A stretch of DNA of 64,000 nucleotides. Source: Lytechinus pictus (Eukaryota). Where the stretch lies: NCBI RefSeq assembly GCF_037042905.1, contig NC_087251.1, forward strand, positions 42,472,001 to 42,536,000, read 5' to 3'. The position numbers and the translations under genes are program-made. The notes under the pieces are model-generated. The model saw only the letters and a program-made list of their open reading frames with translations. It had not been told where the DNA came from and did not search any database. Shown piece after piece: positions 13,596 through 27,280 of this stretch; the stretch's first letter is position 1, and each line of letters starts with the position of its first letter.

Positions 13596-13795
13596 CACTC
13601 TAAAAACACTGAGTAAAATTCTACCCAATATTGAGTAAAAAGGGAACATGCATGTTTGCTGGGTATTTTTTCACCCCATATTGGGCTATTTCAACACAAC
13701 ATTGCGTAAAATTTACCAAATATAGGGTATCTTTTTACCCAACCAGCATGCATGTTCCCAATCAACCAAATATTGTGTAAACCTTTTTTAGAGTG
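13596..13795. mobile_element. Palindromic MITE (CACTCTAAAAA TIR)
   Basis: CACTCTAAAAA ... TTTTTAGAGTG, with internal GGGAACATGCATG / CATGCATGTTCCC. Same family as 29217-29436. Confidence 0.85.
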
Positions 13796-13987
13796 AATAA
13801 CCCTGGTACTGATTTTACCTTAAATTCCATGGACTTCCTTTTATTATATTTACAAGGACCGAATTGCTAATATAATTATGTTTTCACGCTATATCAGTGA
13901 CGTTGGAATCAGCAGATAACCATGTTTAATACACGCGTTATGAATGTTGATGTTTAATGATGACATCATAAATCATGATACTGATCC

Positions 13988-14146
13988 GGGCCATGTTGCA
14001 TAAAAGTTACTATTACGGTAACTATGACATCCAAACGTAACTACCATGGTAACGCTGATCAACAGCCAATCACATTCAAGGATTCCCTGCAAGTTACCAC
14101 TGGATGACAAAGTTACCTATATGGTAACTTTCATGCAACGGGACGC
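13988..14146. mobile_element. GGG-ended hairpin MITE
   Basis: GGGCCATGTTGCATAAAAGTTAC ... GTAACTTTCATGCAACGGGAC imperfect TIRs. Confidence 0.65.
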
Positions 14147-14397
14147 TGAACTTCAAAAGTGAATGTTTCGAAAAATCTTATATTTCGTTATTGCTGTAAG
14201 TATATGCAATGACGTTTAGGAGCTTGCCTACCATACAACTTTTGTTTTTATCGGCGAGCCCCCCCCCCCCCTCCGCCCCGTTTTACGTGTTGATACTAAT
14301 ATCAATTGATTTTATTGCATTGTGATTCTTAAATCTGCATGCAATTGTGTCATAATTATGTAATATCCTATGTCAGTTTCTTGTAAGATTATATATG

Positions 14398-14600
14398 ATA
14401 ATAATAAATAATAACAGTACCGTTCTTGAATACGCATAACGCCTACAGGTCTCTATGCGCGAGGAAAGCGAGAAATGTGGTGAGAATTGTAAATTTAAAA
14501 TTAGACATCAAATAATTATACATAAGATCAAAGAATATTAAACATGGTGACCTACATGTGACTAAGTTAAACATTCTGAAAGAGGTGGGTTTTTAATTGT
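14398..14600 (-). mobile_element. L2-group LINE 3' end fragment
   Basis: Minus strand TTAAAAACCCACCTCTTT (LKTHLF), followed by a short 3' region and a (TTA)n tail. Confidence 0.5.
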
Positions 14601-16594
14601 ACTTTGAATTATGTACTATATAACTGTGTCATGAAGTTATGCTTATAATGGCAATGTACATGTACAAAATGTGAAACGGAAATGAATAGATCAAAACAAT
14701 TCATTCAAACTAAATATTAAAGAAGATGATTTACACGAGAAATCAGAATGTATTAAAAAAATGAAATCATTACGATAAATCCACTGAAATGTCAGGGCCA
14801 GAGAGTCAAAATATAACTGAGGCAATAAGCCGCCTTTCAATGGATTGTTTGCCTCTTACATCGACTGGTGTCAATCGAAACACCATGGTTTGGAAATGTG
14901 CTAGGTGTTTATAAACACCAGCCTAAGCTTCAACACAATTAGTATACTTGAAATTACACGATCTCCTTTACACTACACCTCGTCTCTATACATTTGGGCC
15001 TTACATAAGATTATCATGAATGACTGTAAAAATAGTACATCCCCTTTTTTATTTAACAAGTTAAGAAGAAAATGATTATTCTTTAACATTACTTTTGTGT
15101 TATGTCATTCTGCATAATATTGCATTAACATCACATAATTCTGTATACCTCATTGTCAATAGCTTGTAATGATTATGACAATGTGAACGAGTAACCTGGA
15201 TTCATTTTCATTGTACCTCCCTATGCTTTCTATTCGAATAAAGATGATTTTTTTTTTTAATGACACTTTTGGTCTTATCATAAATAGGAATAAAAAAGAC
15301 AAATATTTATGCTAAAAACGGGAAACCGCCTCTGCATTTAGTTCGAGCTGATCGAGCGTCATGGCAAAGATAGAACAAAATGGATGATAAAATGATTAGG
15401 CGTTCAGTGACGTCATTTGATGGTTCTAGATATTCTTCGGAAATTCATGATATAAAATGAATTAAGTACATATCAGGGAAAATTATAAATTTCTTGTGTT
15501 CGGTTTAAAAATTATTGAGAGTTTTGGTCTGATCATTATGCCAAACTCGGGTATACCACATGCTTTATTTAGAACGAGTCGATCGAGGCTCTCAGTAAAC
15601 ATGTGACAAAATGGACGAGAGCATCTAAGCGAAATTTCGAGAATATCTAAGCGAAATTGTAAGCTTCCTATAGGAAAAGGGATGCTACCGAAATCACATT
15701 CCCAATCACCAGGCTGGATTCATGCGCGAAGTGAACTTTTACCCACAATTCCTACACCAACCATTTGTCTTTATTCATAGCAGTGAGGAGAGAAGGTAAT
15801 AACTCAAAACAAAACAAAAGAAAATATGTTGGGTCGAAGGACTTTCATGCAGAATATTCATTTGATATATTGCATATAATTATTGCTCATGCCTCAAGAT
15901 ACTTACATTTCCAGGGGGAAGGGAACGAACTATTTCTCTGAAACACCAATATGCTATCTTGGTATCAATCTAATATGGATTCTATTGGCTAACAAACAAA
16001 TCAAAAGGGGAATTGATTGAAATTGACATTGTGCCTTTATGCAGTTGATGTGATGCTGATAGAAAATGACTTTAGTCAATCAGGGCGAATCGATGCGCAT
16101 CAATGTGTGACATCGTAACGTGTTTTGAAGCATGAGTAGCCCCATTTGACAATAAACGCGCTAGCGCTACATTATTCACGAAGTCATTTTGCCAATAAGC
16201 CAATCTCATTGATTTAGTTGAGCCCCTATTGTGGGAACAGACAGGCGGATTGCAAGTCACTTCGTTTGCGTCAACGAATTAATTTTCATTTTTTTTGGCA
16301 CGAATCCGAAAAGTCGAGGACGTTTTTATTTTACAACTTCCTAACAATGAATCAAAAACATACGATTGAGACCACTTGTCTCGATACTGTCTAGTAAGCA
16401 TGCTCTACCATTTTGTAATATATAAACAAAGAGCTACGTAAGCTGTCGCCCTGGAAAGATTCACTATTATCAATGAAATCTAAAACACATGAATTTGTGA
16501 AAGATCAGGTGTTTTATTATCATAAAGGAGATTTATTTATTCGTCTTCTCACTTTATATCTTAAGGGCAGAGTAACGAACGGTTCATCGGAGGC

Positions 16595-17420
16595 TCACGC
16601 AACGCTCACATTCACCCACACTCTCACACATAACACAAACACAACATACACTTCTATGATTCCGTTCACAAACGCGTTCATCCCTCTCTCTTACACTCGC
16701 ACACCCTCAAACGAACACTCACGCCCGCGAAAATACACCCTCACCCACACCATTACAGGCAGCACAAACACAACACCTCTTTCAATGATTCCAGTCATCA
16801 ATTTATCTCTTTCTCTTTCCCTCCCTCTCACACAAATGCACACACTCGCTCACCCACAACTTTAACCTTACACCAACCCATACCCTCACGCACACAACAC
16901 AAGCACACCATCTACTCCCATGATACCATTCATAAACCATCATCCCCTATCTCTCACACCTGCACAAGCACACCACCCTCAAACGCACACTCGTGCCCGC
17001 GAAAACACACCCTCACCTCCACCCACACACACAAACGCCCCCACGCGCATACACATACACACACACACACACACACAACCCAAAATCCCATGATCTCATC
17101 ATGGAGCTATTAGTAGCTCCATGATCTCATCCACCGACTTGCACCCATCCCCTCTCTTTTTCTCCCGGACACACTCCCACACACACTCACACCCACCCAC
17201 ACCCTCATACGCAGCACATAATACACATATCCTGATGACTTCCATCCAACAACGTGCACATCCATTCACTTCTTTCTCTCCCACACACACATACACACAC
17301 AACCACACAGGCAAGCACGAACCCGAACACCCCCTCTCACATCACTCACATGCACACTTCCACACACATCCCTATCACCATACCTACGCCCACTTCACAC
17401 ACATATACACTTACCTACCT
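16595..17420. repeat. CA-rich low-complexity region with degenerate internal duplications
   Basis: (CA)n/(CT)n-rich. CACCCTCAAACG.ACACTC..GCCCGCGAAAA.ACACCCTCAC occurs at ~16702 and ~16974. Confidence 0.8.
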
Positions 17421-19447
17421 CTTTGCCATCTGTACAATCAGATACAAATCACTTTGGAATGACATGCCACTCCTTCTTCGTTTAAAAATCTTTTGTGAAG
17501 TTAAATGACATCTTTAAAACAATATATGACTATGGACTCCATGGGCAGATTAGAATTCATCACACAACAAAATTTTTATCAACAAAAGCAAATGTCATCT
17601 ATGAATTAAATATCAACATCCTTACATAAGTGGTTTTATCTTATAGGCTGCCATGCGTGTATGTCAACATATTTAAATTTGACTCCAGACCGATTCCTCA
17701 AACTATTGCAGACTGATTAACCTAACAGATTAATATGTTCATCATTAACGTAAACACCGTTACTAAAACTACTTTTTAGTAAACGACTACATATTGCTGT
17801 GCATGGCATGAAAGGTTTCAAGTAAAAGTTGTTCTTTATAGAAGTACAAAATTATGAAATTAGTTTTCATAGAATATAATCATTAAATTCAGAGAAATAG
17901 ACAGGTTAAGGACTGGACAAACACAGACAATGATAAGATATTTCAAAAGATGTTTAAAGATGTGTTTTTCAAAATGGGCGTTGTGTGGTATCCTTTTAAT
18001 AATGGGTAGGAACAAATACTCCACTTCTTCTATATAAATGTCAAATGTTATCTCTTTCAAATATTTTACTCAAAATTATGATATCAATATTAAATTTTGA
18101 TTTATGTGAATCAAGTACACATTAAAAAATGCCATTGTAATATTTACCTCTTGCCAAGGTCTACCCACTTAGTTGCCAATTTGAGATTTCAGAGTCATAC
18201 ATTGATTTTATTTTTGAAATAGCTGAAACTTTCTTATTCCTGGTTATTATGATCTTCGAACATTTTGCTTTTCTTAATTTCTCATTTCATACACTCAAAC
18301 GTTGGATTTCCCTTTTAAGTACTAGACAACTGACAAATTGATCTGCTCTCATGGTAAACAAAAGACTGATATTACTACTGCAGCTTGTGATTACATGCCA
18401 GCCGGTACTACTCGGTTCTAGAAGAGTAACCAAGCGAATAAGGTCTATTCAAACCAACCCAGCCCTTATTTCCGATAATTTACTAAAAGTAGAAAAGATA
18501 GTTGGACGTAAAAAGCACCCATTTTTTTCGCTTTGTCATCCACTGAGATGGCAATGGAAAATTCCCTCTTCAATGAATGAGAGGATATAAAATTGATGTT
18601 CATGCAGTCAGTTGAATGTCATTTTGAGTTCTAAAAGCAAGTTTGTAAAATATTTTCTCCCTCTTCTATCCGTCACGGGTATTTAAATCGTAAGAATGCA
18701 CGACTGGTAACTTCTGATAGGCCCCTACGGGGGTTCATAAAAAATCATTAATTTATAATTGCTTCAAAGCTTTGAACAAGATAGCGCAGAGTTTAGCATT
18801 CTAACTGTTTCTATTTTGCCCCCATTCGTGGTGTATGCCGCTGACAGCAAACTATGTTAAATCACCCATCAACTTCTTAAGTCTATTCTTCACTAACCGT
18901 CCTTTTAAATTTCTTCCATAATTATACGTCCAATAACAATAATGTGAACAGATAATCACGGGCATTTACCTCTGGGCATTTCAATTTGTAAACCCACTTA
19001 AAATTCGAGTAAACACAATTACAAATGAGGTTTACGAGACAGATAGCCTTTCCACAATATCAAAATGGAGACGTATTTCCTCTTTCGAATAATATGGCAT
19101 TGTCAGTACTGTAGACAGTGCCGACTTGAAATCAAATAAATCAATAAAAATACGGTTATAGTCGCTGGCAAATGACATCAGAATTAGGATTCATTTTAAA
19201 GCTGTTACAACAAATATTTGGATATGAGAGAATTTGAAAAAAAAAGACTATATGGTCAATACAATACACACGTCTGTATCCTATTTATATTATGTTTTTA
19301 CTAGAGTGCCGCATGAAAAAATACACGAAATATTCAACATGAAATTCCCTTTTCTTAATCTGCAAGTTTTGCTTAAAAATATTGACATCATCGTAATAAT
19401 ATACTTATAGAAAACAGTCTAATTGAACGACACCGTAAACTGCTTCT

Positions 19448-19536
19448 CAGTGGCGTACCGTGGGTCACGGCATGGGGGGGGGGGGCACCAGAAAAAATTT
19501 GAGTCATTTAGTGAGCCCCCCGTAGTTACGGCACTG
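19448..19536. mobile_element. 89-bp hAT-type MITE
   Basis: Perfect 8-bp TSD CTGCTTCT (19440-19447 and 19537-19544); termini CAGTGGCGTAC / TTACGGCACTG. Confidence 0.85.
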
Positions 19537-22500
19537 CTGCTTCTCCTCAGCATTCTCAAAAAGATATGAATGAAGGCCGCAATAATTTTGAGGGAGGGGG
19601 TTGAAGAATAAAGAAATAAAAGGTATAATAGAAGGAATAAAGATAACATCTAACATGTCTTCAATGAATGAAATTTCTCCTTTTTTTTCATATCAGATAA
19701 TATCAGATAGAGAACTAGAGAGGAAAACGATGAAGTATAGAATACTTATAAACTTACATAGGTCCTGAAACATGTTATGTTATCAGTAATTGACAAATGT
19801 TTCAAAACTTATATAGAATTAATTAGCGACGGAAAATTTATGATAGAAGTGACAAAACACACATACTTGACTAGCCTAACGATAAAATATGTAAATAGTA
19901 TATAAAAGTGTAAATGCATTCAAATCAAATCTAGAGAAGGCCTGGAAAACCAAGTTTAATCGTTTCGACCCCGACACAGAATTCCCATAACTCGTCCAAA
20001 CCCACACATACATTGTAAAATTGTTGACTACAACTGAGGACAAGTTCAAAGAAGATGCAGAGGGGCAAATAAGTTTTCTATGATTTATGCCTTACATCAA
20101 GGTAAATCAAGGTAAAATATTTTACAATTTTTGTTTGATATTGATTAAGAATAAATTCACTGACTTTGTAAAAAAATGTATGTTTATGTACCAAAACCTT
20201 TGTTTTGTTTCGCATAAATTTTGCATTTTGATGATAATAAAACATTATTCATAATTCATATCAATAATCGTACCTTGGTAATATTTTTAGGTATAAATTA
20301 AGGTTATATAAATATTCTGGCACAGATAAATGCCGACATTTTTTTCAAGTTACGGTATTCTAATTCTGTGACATAATTTTAAGTCTACTACATTCTTAAT
20401 TGGTTTCCTTCCATCCACCAAACGTCCAAGACTCCAGAACGAAGAAGAAAGTGGGTGGACTTTGAATATCGTTCGTTTCATTGAAGTAACTAGCAAGAAT
20501 GACACATTGGTATGGGTTCCCTGGTACACATTAATCAGTCTTTTTTACACGACATTCTACTTCTCTTTAGAACGCTTTAAATGGTTTATAAGTCGAGGAT
20601 TTTTCTGCTCGACTTGATTTAAGAAGCTTGCAGAAATCCGATCAGAGTATGTCCATCATCAAGTGAAAGTGAGACACGGATAATTCCTATGCACTCAATG
20701 AAGTGTAGTTTATGAAGGATTTCCATACTATACTAAAGACGCATCTTTTAGTTAATATTGCCCTTAGACAGACAACGGAAGATTGGTGGGTAAAGAACAA
20801 GTTTTGATTCTTTCACTCGAAGAAGAATCGGAGGGGAGGAGTTCACTGAACGGAGGACGGAGATCTTAAACCACAAACTATGTAACAAATTGCTAAAGTG
20901 TACAGACTTGCGTCCCCCTTGCGGAAAATTATGATGCAATCGCATGAAGAACATGATATATCTAAAAATCTGTTTATTTCTGGGAGCTCTAAATAATACA
21001 ACAATTTTTTTTTCACCTGGAACACAAATTGACCCACTTAAAGCAATAGCAACAAGTAGGACTACCTACATTCTTCCATGTATACAGTATATTTTACTTT
21101 GACATATTGGTTTTTCAAGTAGTGTAAAGAGAAGAAGAAAAACATTTATTAAAAACATAAAAGGAAAAAAGGAATAGAGAGAGAGAGGGGGGGGGGGAGA
21201 CAATAAAAAAGTAAAGAGAGAGAGAGAGGTCGTATAGCTCTATATTACCCCTATGATTCAATGAAATGCAATTAAAAAATATGTCGTCCTGCATCCCCCC
21301 CCCCCCCCGCCGCCCCTGCAAAACACATTTATTTTACCGACCTCCTTTCACAATCACATTCAACATGTCACACAAACTAATATGAATATGACTGTTATTA
21401 TCTCTGTAATTCACAGATGATGACCAGAAGTCAAGCAAATTTCTGATTTAAATATTCTAATCTTCAAAATATTTGGCCAATGAGGACACGCATCAATTCC
21501 AAGTCTTCCACGCGCAACGCATTCTGGACAGGCATATATCCAAAATCACTTGAGTTTGATCAAAATGATTCATTTTACGAAATATTTGTATATCAAACTA
21601 AAAACGATGAACTTTATTCTGCATTCATAATTGCCCCTTTCGGTGCAATTTTTGTACTTTATTTGAATTAACAAATATTCATTGATCATATTTATTTTTG
21701 TAAATCCGTTTCCGGTTATTCTCATCCTGAAACACGTTTAAAGTACGTTGTTGATTAAGGTGTGATTTTTTTGGAGCTGATAAAGTAAGCAATAATAAAG
21801 GTACCTATCTTTTGGCATTGTGAATGATGATTCCTCTCAGTGGATAAAAACGAAATCCATAGAGGGGTTATATGTTTTTATGATTTCTCGATGAGCAATA
21901 CCAGTGCTCTGTGTGAAAAGACCGAGTATATGATTCTTTCGAAATTGATGAATAGGACAGCATCGACAAAACTAAAGTAAAGATAATTTCAGCTGATGAC
22001 AAAAAAATAAAGAACATGTTTATTATACCAGTCATATCAGTAATTTATCATATCATTCATCATGTTCATGTCGGTGAGGGTAGTGAGTCAAAACAGTTTT
22101 GAGGGGGCACAATATGGCGTGAGCGGCAAAATTTCTAAAAATCTTATTTTGTAACAGATTCTGACATGATACAAAAATAATATCGAATGTCACCATTCTT
22201 TATGTCCTTCCCTCCTCCTTTTTTTTCTTACTCCTGGTATGGGAACTTTTGGGGGTCCAGTGTCCGCTATAGGCGCCCCCATTAATTTTGTACGCGAGTG
22301 ATGTTATACTGTCATGACTGTAGAGTCACCTTTTGCATCCTCTCTTGCATTTTGTTTGCACATAAAACTAATTCTGAAGTGACAAGTTGGGTCACATGGG
22401 GCATGACATAAATAAGAAATATACACACCTATTTCTATGATTCCACCTTGAATTCATTTATCTGCGTTTTAAATAAAAAAAAAACGAATAAAGGGCATGT

Positions 22501-23374
22501 TCAAGAAGTGGGTGTCCAACTGTGCAGCGTACACAATCATTATAATCCAACGACACAGGACAAGACGCCAATTATACGGGAGAATTTCGATAGAAATTCA
22601 ACACTCTAAATGCAAAACAAATCAGCTTGGGCCAAGGTCTTTCACGAATTTCAAGATCATTCTTCAGGTATTGTCTGCTCACAAGTGAGAGTATTGACAA
22701 ATTAGATATTATCAATGGCGCTGTGTAAGTCTGGAAAAGTAGGCCATGGCGTTTGAAGGAAAAAAAAAAAGAAAACCAACATAGCTGTGACAGTCGCACC
22801 TTAAATCAGTTACAGAATTTCATAATTATTTATCACCCCCAGGACGTAATGCCTTTTTTGACTTCACATTGCGTGGGTAGTACAGGTCAAAACTTACTTA
22901 TTGAATAATATGTTACACAACCTCCCATTCTAAAATCTTGAAATTGCACAGGTGGTATTTGCAGTGGGGTGTCAAGTCTGATCTGAAAATCGTTGCCATT
23001 TGCGAGGAATTTCATCGCGTTCACCGTTGGAAAACGGGTATACGCGCATTCTCTCTCTAAAAAAAAAAGAATCTCGCTTGACCTCATTTTGAGTGCGCGT
23101 AGCCCAGATTATAAAGAACACACAGTGACACATTATAAATTCATTTGATTTTAGTTATAGGACGGGGAAACAAATTTGAAATCTAATTCCATTCCAATTC
23201 AAAAATTAATTCTTTATAAATGAAATTTTGAGATCAAAGTTAGATTCATCCCAAACTATGAACTATCCTTCTATCATCGTAATATGCTCTTCTTTTGTCA
23301 AGCTTCTCTAAAAGTGATTAAAAGCACATCGTTTGGCCTCACATAGCTACCAGTATACTATGATTACGATGAGG

Positions 23375-23589
23375 ACTATACAACTATATCTACTACAAGT
23401 ACTTCTACTACAATTACTACTACTACTACTACTACATACTACTACTACTACTACTACTACTACTGCTACTACTGCTACTACTGCTACTACTACTAATACT
23501 GCTACTACTACTCTACTATACTACTACTACTACTATACTACTACTACTACTCTACTATACTACTACTCTACTATACTACTACTCTACTA

Positions 23590-23642
<53 letters not shown>

Positions 23643-23779
23643 TACATACTACTACTACTACTACTACTACTATACTACTACTACTACTACTCTACTATAC
23701 TACTACTACTACTACTATACTACTACTACTACTACTACTCTACTATACTACTACTCTACTATACTACTACTACTACTAT

Positions 23780-23829
<50 letters not shown>

Positions 23830-23837
23830 TTCTACTA

Positions 23838-23869
<32 letters not shown>

Positions 23870-24119
23870 ACTACTACTACTACTACTACTACTGCTACTA
23901 TACTACTACTACTACTCTACTATACGACTACTCTACTATACTACTACTACTACTGCTACTACTACTACTACTACTACTACTACTCTACTATACTACTACT
24001 ACTACTACTATACTACTACTACTACTACTACTCTACTATACTACTACTCTACTATACTACTACTCTACTATACTACTACTCTACTATACTACTACTACTA
24101 CTACTACTACTACTATACA

Positions 24120-24154
<35 letters not shown>

Positions 24155-24194
24155 TACTACTACTACTCTACTATACTACTACTACTACTACTAT

Positions 24195-24235
<41 letters not shown>

Positions 24236-24272
24236 TTCTACTACTACTACTACTACTACTTCTATACATACA

Positions 24273-24313
<41 letters not shown>

Positions 24314-24364
24314 TACTATACTACTACTCTACTATACTACTACTACTACTACTACTACTATACA

Positions 24365-24408
<44 letters not shown>

Positions 24409-24445
24409 TACTACTACTACTACTACTCTACTATACTACTACTAT

Positions 24446-24483
<38 letters not shown>

Positions 24484-24624
24484 TTCTACTACTACTACTA
24501 CTACTACTACTTCTATACATACATACTACTACTACTACTACTACTCTACTATACTACTACTCTACTATACTACTACTACTACTACTACTACTTTTCTACT
24601 ACTACTACTACTACTACTACTCTT

Positions 24625-24684
<60 letters not shown>

Positions 24685-24801
24685 TACATACATACTACTA
24701 CTACTACTACTACTACTGCTGCTGTTGCTGCTGCTGCTACTACTACTACTACTACTGCTACTATACTACTACTACTACTCTACTATACGACTACTCTACT
24801 A

Positions 24802-24839
<38 letters not shown>

Positions 24840-25010
24840 ATTCTACTACTACTACATGTACTACTACTATTATACATATTACTACTATACATACATACAT
24901 ACATACTACTACTACTACTACTACTACTACAACTGCTGCTGCTGCTGCTGCTGCTACTACTATACTACTACTACAACTACTACTACTACTACTATTGCTG
25001 TCTACTACTA
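23375..25010. repeat. ~1.6-kb compound (TAC)n microsatellite
   Basis: Continuous CTA/TAC run with recurring interruptions (CTCTACTATA, TCTATACATACATA, (CTG)n). Confidence 0.97.
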
Positions 25011-27280
25011 TTTATACTTCTCCTTCTTCTTCGATATTCCAGCTATTATAATCGTTCTCACATTAGGTGCACGTACCTTACTTCTATTACACATTATATT
25101 ACGGCTAAGTAAGGATACACCATTTCTAAATACCAAATTCATTTCTCTTTTATGAGAATAGGCAATACTGACGAAAGTCGTCTGGGTATTTTCATTTCCA
25201 ATTCAATAAGTGTCTTCTTAACTGAGATCCTGGACGTATTGGCGACAACTTTTTCTGTAGGTGACAAATTAACACTCTGCGTTCCTCGTTTTGGTATTTG
25301 GAGAAAAAAAGAGGATCCACACCGAGTCTGACTCTTTGCCACCAGGATTCTTTTTCTTTTCCATTTTCAATTGTTCAAATCGCTCACATAAAGAGCACAC
25401 CTGCGAGACACAGACCACGAATAGTTTCCACCACCTTGTCATTGAAATAAATGAAAGCATAAGGTCAAGATTTCTACGCATTATACTGTCAAAATATGGT
25501 GTTGATAAGGTATCAAAATAATATTCAAATACCCAGCTATGTAGTCTCAATTGCCCCCAATTGCCATAACTTATGAGGCCTTTGTGAGGGTAACAAGAGA
25601 CCCTAGTACATGTCAATGAATGGATTCGGGAATACTTGTATAGCATTGTTGTTGATTGTATTGGGGAATATACTCATCGTGCATGAGCGATGATAAAAAT
25701 GATCATCCAAAATGAGAAAAGAGCACATGCTGTTCATTTCATCTTCAGATTTTTTTCCTTTTATTTTTTCCCCTTCACATGCCTTTGTTGATCTATCATC
25801 CTTACATGCACAGCATTCTTGATGAATTAACGTCTTTCATTTTTAATCATCGCTTTGGAATGTTTACCTGAAATTTTAGGCGGAATGTTTGCAATTATGT
25901 TGATAATGAAAACAACAAATAAAATAAGGATAGTCAGAACTGCATCAACAATGATGACAAAGATGATAGTGACATCAATATTATAATGATAATTATTAAT
26001 GACAGTTATTACAATAACTTCAACTGATAACAAGTTCTTAAAATACCTAAATGTACACTCTTGAAAACCAATTTGTTGGTGAATAGAATTGTGTCAGACT
26101 AATAAAAAAATGTCAAAATCAATCAAAAACTCTTTTAGATTTTGAGCCGTTGGCTTTGCTGATTTTGACCAGTTTGTTTGGTCGTACACAATTATTCACT
26201 TACACAGTAGGTTTTTGAGAGAGCGTATCGTGTGGAAATTATAACCCTTTCCTATATAAGCCTATAAAAACCACACTTTAGTTATAATTTTCCATCAATT
26301 ACTTTAATTCGATATTATATTCTATTATGGAAAACTATCATCATTTTTTTTTTCAATCCCATTAGGCTTAAATTTATTGACTTTGGATATTTCTACCCTT
26401 TTATACGTATTATAAATTATCCAAGGTCAAACTAATTCTACTCAGTTCCTGGTTTTTTTTTTTTTTGAAATATCATATTCATTAGGTATGTTGATCACAG
26501 ATTGTTTTTTTATATTATCTTTTGAATAAATAATTAATCATGTCAACGAATGCTCAATTATCTAATTGATCAGCTGTATTTCGCCGTCACATGTATATTG
26601 AAACAAAAAAATTACGTCTTGAACCGAATTATAGGCCGAGTCATTTTGACTAGATCGTTCTCGTACCAGTAATGAGTTTTACCAAAATAAAAAATGAACT
26701 AGGAAATAACATTAAAGTATAGAGTGAAGAAAAGTGTATATATTGTGAAGTAGATCAGGCCACTTATATATATGGTCGAGAAACGTGGACATAGAAGTAA
26801 TCATAAGAATGCAGAATTCAAACAGAAGAATGTTTCTTTCTGGATTGGCGACAGGGTATCCCCCCCCCCAAAAAAAAAATAATGAAAGCATATTATACTC
26901 AACAGAATATGTTTTGATAGATCCCTATTACACATCAAAAAGACAGCTCCTTTATGTTTAAGCATGATTATTGTGAGAGAGTGGCACGATGAGCCACAAA
27001 TTTTGAGGGGGAAACATGCTGTATACGGGACCCCCCAAAAAAATTGAAAGTCGCGAGAAAACAAAGCACGCTAGCGTAAAATATACGACCTTTTAAAATT
27101 AATCATTAATTGTGTTATATATATTTTACCTGATATTAAAGAAAAAAAATATTATATTTCACTTTCCACCTTTTCCCCTCTTCTTCTTTCCTTTCTATAT
27201 TTTCTTGGTCGTTGAACCTTTTTTTTTTGGGGGGAGGGGTACAGTGCCCCAAGCCCCCCATCTATACGTCAGTGTTTTAA

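Noticed and set aside
23333..25051. 572-aa ORF
   Set aside because: Poly-T/Y/L translation of the (TAC)n microsatellite, which lacks stops in plus frames.
25269..25646. 125-aa minus ORF; also 43361-43933 and 56879-57325
   Set aside because: No recognisable domain or consistent splice structure; some overlap repeats.
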